The notes under the pieces are model-generated. The model was not told the DNA's origin, made no database searches, and saw nothing but the letters and a program-made list of their open reading frames with translations. A program made the translations under genes and the position numbers. 64,000 nucleotides of DNA from the NCBI RefSeq assembly GCF_009834535.1, contig NC_045698.1:13394001-13458000 (forward strand). Direction: 5' to 3'. This DNA comes from Camelus ferus (lineage: Eukaryota). Shown in pieces: positions 12,060 to 24,110 of this stretch. The stretch's first letter is position 1. The number at the start of each line of letters is the position of its first letter.

Positions 12060-13400
12060 AACATTTTCTTCTAGGTTTTTGTGTTATTTTTGTTATAAAT
12101 TTCACTTCATTAATGTGGTGAATCCCAAAATATGTTATTACTTTTGCTTAAGTAATTGTTGATTGCTTACTGAAGAGATTTAAATAATGAAGACAAAGTC
12201 CTTTACCTACGTAGTTATCATTTCTAGTACTCTTTCTGAATATAGATAGATCCAGACTTACATCTGGTATGATTTTTTTCTGCTTGAAAGATTTCCTTTC
12301 ACATTTATTGTAGTGCAAGGCTGCTATTAATATAGTATTTTGGCTGTTATGAATATTTAAAAAGTCTTTATTTCATTTTCACTTAGGAAAGCAATTTTTT
12401 CTGGGTAAAAATTTCTAGAGCGATAGTTTTGTTTCTTTCAAAATTTAAAAGAAACTGCTGCCACTGTCTTCTGGTTCACATTGTTTCTGATGAGAAATCT
12501 TGAACATGCTTACTTTTTTCTAGTGTATATCACATGCCTTTTTTCCCTGGTGTCTTTGTTTTTCTCTTTATCACTAATTTTAAGCAAAATGTGACTAATA
12601 TATGTCTTAGTATAGTTTTCTGCATGATTTTATGCCTGGAGTTTGTTGAGATGTTCATGTAAGTGGATCTTGATTTGTTATTAGATATGAAAAATGTTGG
12701 ACATTATTCTTTCAAATATTTTCTTGTATTCCTCTATCTTTCTCCTTTGAGGGCTGTAAATTGCACACATATTTCCACTTGAAGTTTTTCCACAGCTCTA
12801 TGTGATCTGTTAAATTTTTCTACTTTTTTTTTCCATGTGTGTTTCATTTTGGACAGTGTCTATTGCTCTGCTTTCAGGCTCACACATCTTTTCTTCTTAT
12901 GTCTCTTTGAGCATTTACTCCAGTTTATTTTTCATCTCAGACATTGAAAATTTTCTCTCTAGAAATGGGTTTTGTATTTAAAAATTAAATCCCATACCTC
13001 TTCTTAACAGTGTATATATTACCTCTAGCTTCTTGAATGTAGGGAATACAGTTGTAATGACTACTTGTTTTATCATTGTTGCCATTCCTGCATCCATTTT
13101 GATTGGTTGACATTCTCACAATGAGCTATGCTAATGCCGGCTAATTTTATTAGATACAGATATTTTGAATTCTTCCTATTGGATCCTGGTCATTTTCATA
13201 AGTAAATAGTTTTGAGCTTAGTTCTGGAACACAATTGAGATGCTTGAAAGCTGCGTTTCTGAGACATGATTTTAAGATTTTTTAGGCAAAGGCAGAGTCA
13301 CACTTGGTCTAGGGTGTCTTTTTCCCACTAAATAAAGCATGACTCTTCTTAGTCTTTCACCCATTGCCTCACCCTCACTGCTCAGAACAAGCACTGTTCT
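12060..13400 (-). mobile_element. Ancient L1MC/MD ORF1 and inter-ORF region
   Basis: ccactgtcttctggttcacattgtttctgatgagaaatc, ggacattattctttcaaatattttc, ttttggacagtgtctattgctctgctttcagg are antisense L1 ORF1 hallmarks. Confidence 0.8.
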
Positions 13401-13405
13401 TTCAT

Positions 13406-13780
13406 GTTGCCTTAGTCCATTCAGACTGCTACAACCAAGTACCACAAGTAACTTATAAAAACAGAAATTCGTTTCTCACAGTTTTGAAGGCTGGGATGTC
13501 CAAGGTCAAGGGACCAGCATAGTCCTCTTCTGGTGAGGGCCCTAGCCAGCCTTCTTTCTGGTTCATGGCCAGCACCTTCTTCCTCTACCCTCACATGGTA
13601 GAGGGGTCAGGAATCTCTGTGGGGTCCCTTTGATAAGGGCATTCATTTCATTCATGAAGGCCCTGCCCTCATGACACAATGACCATCCAGAGACTCCCTC
13701 TATCAATGCCATTGCTATGGACATTGGGATTTTAACATATAAATTATGGGGGAAACACAAACATTCAGGCCATGGAACGT
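13406..13780 (-). mobile_element. MLT1A-like solo LTR
   Basis: cttagtccattcagactgctacaaccaagtaccac...tttctcacagttttgaaggctgggatgtccaaggtcaagg...ttatgggggaaacacaaacattcaggccat. Confidence 0.9.
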
Positions 13781-15669
13781 GTTCATTCTCATACATAAGA
13801 AAATAAAAATTTAAAAGAAGAAAATTTGACTTATCAGCTAAGTAATAATATGTCATTTTATAGGCAATCTTTAAAGCAGATGTTTATGTGAATTAATGTT
13901 TTTTAAAAATAATGAATTTAAAATTAACCATTATTAAAATGATTCAGCAAAGTATCATTGATGTGGGAAAATGCTCTGGAAAAAAAATGCTATAAAATCA
14001 AGTTATAGAGGGATTTTTCTTCAGTAAAATAAGGCTAAGCTTTTTAAAAATAATAATAATAAAACCATAAATTCAAAATGACAGTAAGGAAGATAACATT
14101 TTTAAGGAAAATAAAACTTCCAAATTTCTGAATGCCATTAAATTTTAGGGTTCTACTGAAAGAATAATTGCATGATTACTTTTATTATAATTTCAAAATG
14201 TATGTGGCATTTTTGAGAGTATTGTAAAAGTGCAATACACATACGAAACATTTCTTAGAATAATTTTATGTCATGACTTTCTTTTCCCAGGTAGACAGAA
14301 TAATATTTTTTGTCTTAGAATGTGACATACAACATATTAACTATTCTTTTATCTGACTGTTTGTCTTAAATTTTATATAGAATATTAAGTTTTTTTAATT
14401 ATTTAGCAAACTAAATTAATAATAAGAAGAATACAAGGGAGAAAGCAAAAAAAAAAAAAAAAAGAAAATAAGAGAAAAATGTAAAGAAGGGAAGAGGGAA
14501 GAATTAAGGAAAGAATTGAGAATGGAAGAAACAATGGATGCAGCTGAAGAAGGCAGGGAAAGAAGCCCTACTCGCCAAAGAATGAGAATCACCAGATGAA
14601 GAGAATTAATGTCATGAAATATGTCTTTAGAAACAAATAATGCTATACAAATTTGATTATAGCAAATCAAAGTCATAACCATCAAATATAAAAGAATATA
14701 CAGGACACTTCAAGTTTAAAATGTATGTCACACTGGCCTCTCATTACACATTTATAATATTCAAATAAGTATTGGCTGCTTGCATATTGTCAGTTTCCTG
14801 GGACAAATATTTTTACATTCAAACACCATTTTTCTTCCTCGTTCCATGTGTGGTAGTCTACATTTATTCAAAGGCAGTGTTCTATATGGCCTGTACTCTT
14901 TATAAAGCTTCCTACCTTCAATTTCCAGTTCTTCAAAGAATAATTTGCTGCAAAATTCAGTGTCTAGGCAACAGTTAGTCTTAATCAGACAAAGAGGAAA
15001 TATGTGAAGCAGCCTACGAATGATTGATTTATCTTTGGGGATTAAGAGAACTATGTGAAGAGGCCACATTAGGAAAAGGCATAGACTTGTCAGGCAGAGA
15101 GCTGATCTTTTGCTACAGAGAAACTTTACCACTTTTCACTTTCCCTCCTACACCTAATTAATATTTTGCATGAATTTGTTTAAATTAGTCCAACAGGGAG
15201 TTGAGTCTTATATGGAAAATAAAAAGGCCAAGTACAGATACTGACCCAAGGTCAGCAAACAGTTAATCAAATGGGTGTTCAAGCTACTAACTTTCTTTCA
15301 GATTTGCAAATAAGCGAGCATAGATATAAAGAAATATAATTTAATTGAGCAACAATATTAAATGAATTCCTTGTATAAATAGAATTTTTTCCAAAAAAGT
15401 TGTCTGTTTTCTTCCAAAATTATAAAGGTTTCTTTAAGTGTATTTTTTTTTTTTTGGTAGAACTTAATCTCATTTCTAATGTCTGGTAAAATATTACTAG
15501 TTCATACATTCAAAACACGGGTGTAGAATTCACTTATCTAATTGAATATTTTATTTTTATAAGGTCTTACAGTAACATTCATATATATTTGCATAATTCA
15601 ATTTGTTGCTTTAATAAAGTGACTAATTTAAATTGAGGAAGAAGTATTAAAACAGCCAAATAACCTTTC

Positions 15670-15875
15670 AAGCAGGGCTGCCTGGGTTCAAATATCATTA
15701 CTTCTTGTTATTAGCTGTATAATCTTGATTCTGTTATTTCATTCTTCTACCTGATTCATTTCCCTAATTGTTAAAATGAAAGTTATGAGATGATTAATGA
15801 AATTAATATAAGGAAGTCATATTAGGAGAATGCAAATTGCAGAGCATGTTTTTAATAAGTATTAATTGCTTTTAT
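15670..15875 (+). mobile_element. MIR SINE
   Basis: ctgcctgggttcaaat...attagctgtataatcttg...catttccctaattgttaaaatg...gattaatgaaattaatata. Confidence 0.65.
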
Positions 15876-16617
15876 CACCATCCTTATTAGTGTCATTACC
15901 ATCATCATTTTATTCAGTAAATCAGACTGAACTACTTTTCTGAGGTAACCATCCTTTAAATGGGAATGAAAATATTAATCAATGTCCTCCTATCAAGGGA
16001 AAGAACTGGTTTTGTGATCGGTTCTTGTGTGAATTGGAAATCACAGCTAAATGAAACAGTAAAAGAATGGAAGATAAAAGTGTTATTCATACTACTGACT
16101 ACAGCATACATTTGAAAATTGTATGCCAAATTAATTTTCTGAAAAGTCAAGATGTCGTATCTTCTCAGGTTCTTTACATTTATTGCATGAATTTGATATG
16201 GAAGTTTGCTACAAATTCTTTCAAGTAATGTAGTCATTACTTAGTGGGAAATTTTACATCATGGATCTTTCAACAAGAATGCCTCAAGGACACTTTTCAA
16301 ATAGGAGCTAGTGAATCCAAAATATCACTCATCATCAATCGTGGATTGACAACTTTCTTGGGAGTTGGCAGAGTTGCCAGCAAGCTGGATACTCAAGTTA
16401 CTGACTTACATTCTGTCTCCTTGATTCTGAACTTTTATGTCACCAGGTAAAACATTCTATCTCTTATGGAAAGATAGGGATGCTTTTATATTTCTGTAAA
16501 TAAATGCTTAATTACAATATATTCACAATTCTTTTTATGATCTTAAAGAACATAAAAATTAAATTTGAAATGTAAAGTACACATTATGACCTGGGGAATA
16601 AATACATCTCAAAATTG

Positions 16618-16669
16618 TTTCTTCTTAGGAAAAGCTTTCTTCTTAGGAAAAGTTTCTTCTTGGGAAAAG
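16618..16669. repeat. 3 x 17-bp tandem repeat TTTCTTCTTRGGAAAAG
   Basis: Copies at 16618-16634, 16636-16652 and 16653-16669; one substitution in copy 3. Confidence 0.95.
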
Positions 16670-17614
16670 TCTGTGCTCCACACAGGTAGAAGGGAAAGAA
16701 AAAAAAGAAAAGCACAAATAATCAAAACTTTGGGTCTTTAATCCTCTAAGAAGTCCCAAACATAAACTGCTTCATACACCTCATTGTTAGGCATTGATGC
16801 TATTCACGAAAAACTCCACGGAGTCAAGGAAGGTACGTTTTCAGTTTCTCATGTTTACAATAGCGAAATGGGTTTTGAGTGAATTTGAGGTAATCAATCT
16901 ATAATGCTTGCCACAAAGTTCTTAGGGAAACTGTAAATTTAGTGAAAAAGTGACATTAATGTAGACTCTGAAATCTTAAAATACAGGAGTAATTTCACAG
17001 AGTTCTATTTCTGCTGGCTCTAATCTAGTTTTAATAACATTCCTTTTTTTTTTTTTTTGGAAATTTCAGATGTGAAACCTGGTATTATAAGAATGAAAAA
17101 AAAAAAGAAATGCAAAAACAGGCCCTAATGCTTTCAACATTTGGGGAAGAAATTTGGTCATTAACAGGGTAGATAACTTGGTTTTGAGTAATTCAATAAG
17201 TAATTTTGTTCTGCAATATGTTACATAAGATACTGTGATAGTCTTCAAAAATGTGTAAAAGTTTAAGATTTACATTTAAATTCTCACACATGCAAATTTA
17301 GACCTATGCAAATGAGATTATTAATTTAGTGTTAGAAACATTTTTAATTCCTATTTAACTTTATAAATCCTATTAAGATAAAGGTTTAGAGCGATTCCTG
17401 TGCTATGATGTTAGCTCCAAGCACCTGTTTGAAATACCAGGTGGGTTTCTGGGCGTGTGTTATATGCAGCTGTGAAGGAGGTGGCTTGATACTCTCTTGC
17501 ATCTACTATACATTCTTTTTTAATCTACCACTTCCCAGTTCCCCAATTTCCTCAGTGCCAATGCTGTCCTAGTCTCGAACATAAATAATAAGCCTAATTT
17601 GCTCTGGAGTAACA

Positions 17615-18182
17615 ATTAGCAGTTGAAATGATCTTGGTAGAAAATGAAAGAAAACTAGACTCAAACTTACATATAATACAAGAATGTATATTGAGATAAC
17701 GGGGTGCTCTCATTAATATCCGGCAGGCTCTGAACATCCTCAGATTTCATCTCTTGCTTGTTGTTTCTGTTGTCTTTCCTAGTGTAGCTTTAACAGAGAG
17801 CAAGGGACATTTCTCCAGGTATTTCCAGGTTTTTCATTCAGGCCAAATCATATCCATAGAGAGAAGAGAGATTCTTTATTCTTGAATTCGTTTCATAGGG
17901 TCAACTCAAGCACACAATTTCCAGGGGAAAAAAAAAACAAAAACAGAAGTCTTTCCATCATAACTCATTAGTCATAATCAGTCACACACTCTTTCAAATA
18001 GGACAAATAACAGAAGTGAATGTGTCATGATGATCTTGGACCAGTGAGGATATGTCCCTGGAATCTGGTAAGGATCACCTTCTGTGGTGGAGTGATGGAC
18101 AACAGAACAAAATCACCATCCTAATGGGAAGGAATAAGGCAGCAAATTAATATTGGGTAGGCAGCTAACTAGGGTAGCTAAG
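17615..18182 (-). mobile_element. Old MLT1 (K/L-like) LTR
   Basis: agaaaactagactcaaactt... start; end region gaacaaaatc...ggaaggaataagg...atattgggtaggcagcta. Confidence 0.55.
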
Positions 18183-19404
18183 TACCTTACCAGAATAAAA
18201 GAATAATTACAAAAAGAAAACAGAAAAAACATTTGTATAAACTAATAAGGTATGAGTTTTGCTGGTAATAAGAGACAGACTTGAGAGTCACTTTTGGGTA
18301 GATTTTAGAGGATCTTCTACATTACATTATGAAGAAAACTTTGTGTATATTTTTAGGTAGAATAAATGTTCTTCAAATTAAATATCAATTGCTACTTCAC
18401 TGAAATGCAAACACAGGAGAATAATTATAGTTAAATCAGAAAAGTTGACTTTTTTTTTCAATTAGACAACTTTTACTAAATGAGAAAACTACATTTAAAA
18501 TGTGTTTTAACACAAAATGGAATTAGAAAATAAAAAGATATAGGCATTTGATATAACTTTGCACTGTGCTGAAAATCAAATCTCTTGCAGTAATACAATA
18601 CGCCAATTCTTAAAATGTAAGTTAACAGAATTCTCAATCTAACATTTTCAAAGACAATATTAAGGTCAAGAATTTCACGTCTATGGTAGCACGTATAGAA
18701 GGGCTTTATAAGTATGATGTCCATCCCCATGAAGCTTACAAATTTGACAATGTTCAATAAAAGCTTTTAGAATCACATCCAAAAGTGTCACATCCAAAGA
18801 ATCACAGATCTGTGTCCTGTAAGTTGTCCTTCTAAAATCTGAGTTTTCTATTCCTGTCATTTGTTAATACTAACCCTTTGGGTAAAAAAAAAAAGAACAG
18901 GAAAAGAAATGCTGCAGTAAACACTTGATCATGTACAGAAATTATTGCTACTATAGTTCACTACAAAGCATGTCTATACAATATCATGTGAACTTTGATC
19001 ATGAAAAATCAGAATAAAAACTTCAGTGACAAAAGCCTTACAATCATATACAATATTCACATGGCAATATTAGACAGTTAAGCACCCAATTCCCATAGTT
19101 GACAAATGTCCCACTGAGAAAAGTTGACATTTTTAATGATTCTTTTTAACAATTTATTATGCTTAAAAATAGAAAAATTTCCCAAGGATTAGCATAGATT
19201 ATGTAGATCATCTATGTACTATATGCTAGACTCATTGCTCTTTTGACCATCCATGATGTTTTGTTCTAATTGTGGCACATATAGACTTCTGTTTAGCAAA
19301 ACAATAGTTTGATAATACTAGAAAAATGGCTGAAATGTGGATGTGTTAATAAAATGAACGACCAGTGAATATTCCATAGTTGGAACTCAAAAATTCGTTT
19401 GACG

Positions 19405-19555
19405 AATATCTGAGCACAATTTCTTATATGCTAGAAACTTTACTATCACTTATTTAATACTAACAACATCACTGTATTAGTACTGTTTTCCCCCATTTTA
19501 CAGATGAGATGACATATATTAAGTAATTTTCTCTGAAGACAAATACTAGCTGACA
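19405..19555 (-). mobile_element. MIR SINE
   Basis: tatttaatactaacaac...cccccattttacagatgagatgac...ttaagtaatttt. Confidence 0.7.
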
Positions 19556-20074
19556 GCCCATTTGCTTTGTGGAATGTTTCTATTTGGGTTGACAACTGGT
19601 ATTAAAAAAAAAACAAACTACACACCTATGGTTTTATGTGATATAGTCAACAAAAATGTTATTGAAAAGAATGATGGAAAGAATGGTTGTTTGCCATTAA
19701 ACAGAAGTTTTGCGAAACAGTGAGAGAGTCATTTCTCTATTAGTTCACACCTAGATGGTATACTGTGGCTGGGACACGCCTTCACTTTATCAACCCTATC
19801 AGAATTTGAACAAGTTCAAGTTATCATGATACAGAGTCTAAGTTATTTACACTAAATCTGAAGTGACTTCAGTCTCTATAATACAAATTGGATATCTCTT
19901 ATATATCTTTATGTAAAAGCTATACCCATGTATTTTTGTAATATTTTATTGGTGTAATCTAAAGCCAAATGCACTTGAAACACCTTTTCTTCTTCTTTTT
20001 CTCTCCTTTTTTTTTTTTTTCTGAATTTGCCTATTTGATCTACGAAAGGCAAGAAATCTCATTTGAATAGAGTT

Positions 20075-20460
20075 AAAAGGGATTCGTTTTCACTCATGCA
20101 TAAAATTTTTTTTAAGGATTCAGCTGTGTCAGTGATAGATGGATAGACTGCTGAGAAACCATTCGAGATTTCTGTGATTAGGTTAGACAGGTCCCAACTC
20201 CTATTAGTGAGAGTTGCCATGTTCTGTTCCAGAGAGGAGGCAGCTGTCTTCTTCACTTGTCCCCCGGTGCTGCCGGCTGTAAATAAGCCTACAACATTTT
20301 CGACAAGCAAATCAGGAAGGACTTTGCAGACAGATGGCGAAGCTGCCTATGCATTCTCATTTACATGCAACCTTGGTTCCTAATTGTACTTGAGCCATAT
20401 GCAGAGGGTTTGCTTTCCTTTTGGATTGGTTTCAAGTGCTAGGCAGACAAGTAAATCTAA
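20075..20460. promoter_or_regulatory. Candidate conserved non-coding element / enhancer
   Basis: Non-repetitive and GC-elevated with about 6 retained CpGs; E-boxes CAGCTG x2 and CAGATG, RFX half-site GTTGCCATG, forkhead-type GTAAATA, POU-like ATTTACAT. Confidence 0.4.
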
Positions 20461-20939
20461 CCTGGTCCACGTTTTCCTAATATGATTTAATTCAATAGAG
20501 TGATGTGAAGTGTTTATCAAAAGAACTTTTGAAGCTAAAATCTTGGCTGAATGCAGAAATTGGTACCAACCATGGTTAGTGAGAAGAGTGCCCTAGGAGA
20601 CGTACTCATATGGTGAATGAAGACCACATTATATAATTTATAAGCTAAAATAAAATGAAAATATGAACAAACTCTACTTGGGATTTTGAACTGTCAAAGC
20701 CTAATATTATTCAATTAAAATGCCTTTTATTACTCTAGCCAAATTATGTATTTTTCATTATTGGATGATCCAAGATAAGCCAAAAATACTGTATATACTT
20801 TATTTCTGTAATAAAATAATATTTTCTCAGTGTGTAAAATTTTGAAAATACTTGGAAAAATCTATTTATAGTTCTATTACTCAAATATAATTATTAGCAT
20901 CATGCACATTTCTTTATATATTGAACACAATTGAGATAA

Positions 20940-21325
20940 ATCTATATAAATGAATTATTGTCCTGTATTTCTTACTAAACTCTATACCCTAAGTATATTC
21001 CAAAATGAATTCAATTAATTTCATAACCATTTTTTAAAGCAGTAAACATTAATTTTATGGCTGCATCTCTTGAGCAACAGTCTGTTATAGATGCTTATCA
21101 TATTTTTATCTGTTTGCAGTTTTATAAATAATTCTATTGTGAACATTTTGGCATAAATACTTGTTTTCAGTTTAAGTGATTTCCTTAGGAGAGATTTCTA
21201 GATTAAAATTAGAATGAAGAGTGAGATTTCTAGACATATCACATACTGACAAATTGCCTGAAGAAGAAATGTATTCTGATTTATTCGATCACCATTAGTG
21301 TGAGCATTTCTCAAACACTGCTAGC
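20940..21325 (-). mobile_element. Degraded L1ME 3' region
   Basis: ataattctattgtgaacattttggcataaat...gatttccttaggagagatttctaga...actgacaaattgcc...caccattagtg. Confidence 0.55.
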
Positions 21326-22094
21326 TATGTTAATTAGGATGTGGGTTGTAAACAATATCAAATATCAATATGATTACATAAATTCTGTCAGAAATAGTTA
21401 AATGGCAGGGCAGGGATCAAATTTATTGATTCTGTGATGGAACACCATCTTTAAACCCAGATTACATTTCTCTTTGCTCTATCTCAGTGTTGAATTCATC
21501 CATATGTTGCTAGATTTCTGAGAGCTGTTGAAATCTAAATTTCCAAGCATCATCTAAACATGATCATATCTGGAGGGAAAAAAACATGATAAATCATTCT
21601 TTTCTATCGTTCTTTCTTGGGAGATAGCAAACTTTCCACAAAAATGAACGAAAAGTATTCTCTTACGACTCATGCCCCAAAATTTGCTTAAATTCTGATT
21701 CATAGTTAGACATATTTTTCTACCAGGAATATATATTCAATTTTGAAAAAAAAGAATAGTTATAGTTTAAAAAAACAAATATGAAAGAGTTAAGTGGAAT
21801 ACTCTGAAAGTCAAATTGTCCAACATGGACAAATGCCCTGCCTTCTGGGCAAAGTCTTCCTTCTCTGTTTATTATCCTCTGTGGCCACATCAAGGAGGAG
21901 CTTCACCACTTCAGAGACCCACTTGTTGCTCTGTATCTGGAGATCAACTCTGATAAATGCAAAACAAGTGTCACCCAATTTTCAATCAGAAAATGTAGCA
22001 TTTTAACTTCCTCCAGCCCAATCCTCCATTCTTGGAATTTCACATTTCAGTGTCTGTTATATATCACCCCCCATTTTCTGGTGCTGAAATCTAC

Positions 22095-22635
22095 CTGAGA
22101 ATATTTTCAGGTAGCAGAAAGCAAAGTCATCCACTGAAACTGGCTTCAAATATAAAGACATATAATATCAGATATAACAGAAGTCTGGAAAGAGAAATCT
22201 TTAGAACTAGATGATTTACCAACTCAAAATTGCAATGTAACTTTCTTCTCTCTCCATCGGTGTCAGTGGTGGCTTTGTCCTGAGGCTGAGACAGGATGAC
22301 TATGGTTGCTCAAGAAACAACAAAAACAAGAAGAGAGTTTCTCTTATTGTGGATTATCTAATGAAAGAAAACCTTTTCCTTTCTAGAAATTTCTGGTCAG
22401 GTGTCCACTGGTGTCATAGTTGCTAGAATCAGGTTGCATGTCTAGTTACAAACTGATAATAAGTGGCTGGAATCATGGGATTAACTTAGCTCAGAAATCT
22501 TTCACTGACAATGAAGGTGAGTTCAAGTCACTCCTAGGAACATGGTTTCATGGGAGAGGGTTGCATAGACGATCAGCACCAGTGTTCAGACAGAAGGGTG
22601 GGTGAAGGATAAGCATGTTTCCCAGGCAAAATGAG
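22095..22635 (-). mobile_element. Old MLT1 (K/L-like) LTR
   Basis: gaaactggcttcaaa...ataacagaagtctgga...gaaaaccttttcc..agaa...gctagaatcaggttgcatg... Confidence 0.5.
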
Positions 22636-22644
22636 TTTAAAATT

Positions 22645-24110
22645 TCTTTTATTGACAGCACTGACTGGAATTTCCGATACAATTTTGAATAGAAGTGATG
22701 AGAGCAGATGTCCTTGAGCTTAGGTGGAAATAATTCATTCTTGCACCATTTAATATGATCTTGGTTATAGCTTTTTCAAAGATGTCCTTTAGCATCTTGA
22801 AGACATATCTTCTTCTCCTTGCTTGCTGTGATTTTTTTTTTTTTAAATCAGGAATGGTGACAGATTTTGTCAAATGTATTTTCTTTATCTATAGAGATGA
22901 TCATGTGTTTTTTCTTTCAGAATTTTAATATGGTGAATAACATTGATTTTCAAAAGTTATTTTAAACTTGTATTCCTGAGATAAAACTTATCTGATAACA
23001 GTGTACTGTTCTTTTGATGTTGCTAAATTCTATTTGTTAGAGGTTTGTTTATCATTTTTGCATTTATGTTCATGAGGGATACTTCTTCCCTTGGAGCATC
23101 TTTCTCTGATTTTGGTATCAGTAGAATTGCAACCTCATCTATGAGTTAGGAAGTAATTCCACCTCTAAAATTTGGGGGAAGGTTTTGTATAGGTTTGGTA
23201 TCATTTCTTCCTTAACTGTTTAGTAGAATTTATCATTTGTGCTTGTAATTTTTTGTGAGAAATTTTAAAATTACAAATTAATTTCATTTAATAACTATAG
23301 ACTACTGACTTTAGAGCTTTCTTCTGATACTTAGTAAGATATATTTCAAGGGATTTTTCCTCTTTATTTACCTAAGTTGTAAATTTATTAACATTGTTAA
23401 TATTCCCTTATTACCATTTGACATATTATTATTATGGTATTTTCAGAATAATCTGTGTCAGTTTCTCTAATTCCTGACATTTGTGGCATGTGTTTATTCT
23501 ATTTTTCTGAACAATCTGCCTAGAAGTTTATCTATTTTCTTGACCTTCTTAAAGAACTAGCTTTTGTTTTCATTGATTATCTCTAAGTCTGTTTTCTGCT
23601 TCAGCAATTACTATACTCATTTTTATTATTTCCTTTCATCTGCTTATTTTAGGCTAACTTCTTCTTTGTTTTATAGTTTCTTAAGGTAAAAGCTGAGGTT
23701 ATTATATTTAGAATCTTTCTCCTTTTCTAATATAGGCATTTAATACTATAAATTTTACGCTAAATGCAGTTTTAGAGTCATACTATCATTTTTATATGTT
23801 GTGGCTTCAAATTTATCCAATTACTAATTATTTCTAATTTCCTTTTTGAAATATTCTTTGACTCATTGCTTGTTTAGAAATGTCCTATTTTGTTTTTGAC
23901 GATTTGGAGATTTTAAAGAGGTTTTTTTTGTTGTTGTTTATTTCTAATTTAAATTTATTAGGTCCAAATATTTGTATAAGTTACATCTTTGGAAATTTAT
24001 TGGGATTGATTTCATGGTTAAGAACATAGTATATTTTGAAAAAAATGTACATGCATTTAAGAATTGTATTTTGCTGTTGTTGGTGGAATGTTCTATAAAT
24101 ATCAAGTTTA
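22645..24110 (-). mobile_element. Ancient L1M ORF2 fragment (endonuclease to RT region), frameshifted
   Basis: ttgaatagaagtgatgagagcaga, ttttgcatttatgttcatgagggata, tgattttggtatcag, ctagaagtttatctatttt..aaagaactagctttt, tgctgttgttggtggaatgttctataaatatcaa. Confidence 0.9.

Noticed and set aside
16618..16669. Direct repeats as a CRISPR-like array
   Set aside because: Head-to-tail units with no spacers, in mammalian DNA; ordinary minisatellite.
20254..20276. REST/RE1-like motif ttgtcccccggtgctgcc
   Set aside because: Spacer is 3 nt rather than the canonical 2 and both half-sites have mismatches.
20059..20310. 83-aa minus-strand ORF with natural-looking composition
   Set aside because: Non-ATG start, no recognisable family and no convincing splice sites; the region is better treated as a candidate regulatory element.
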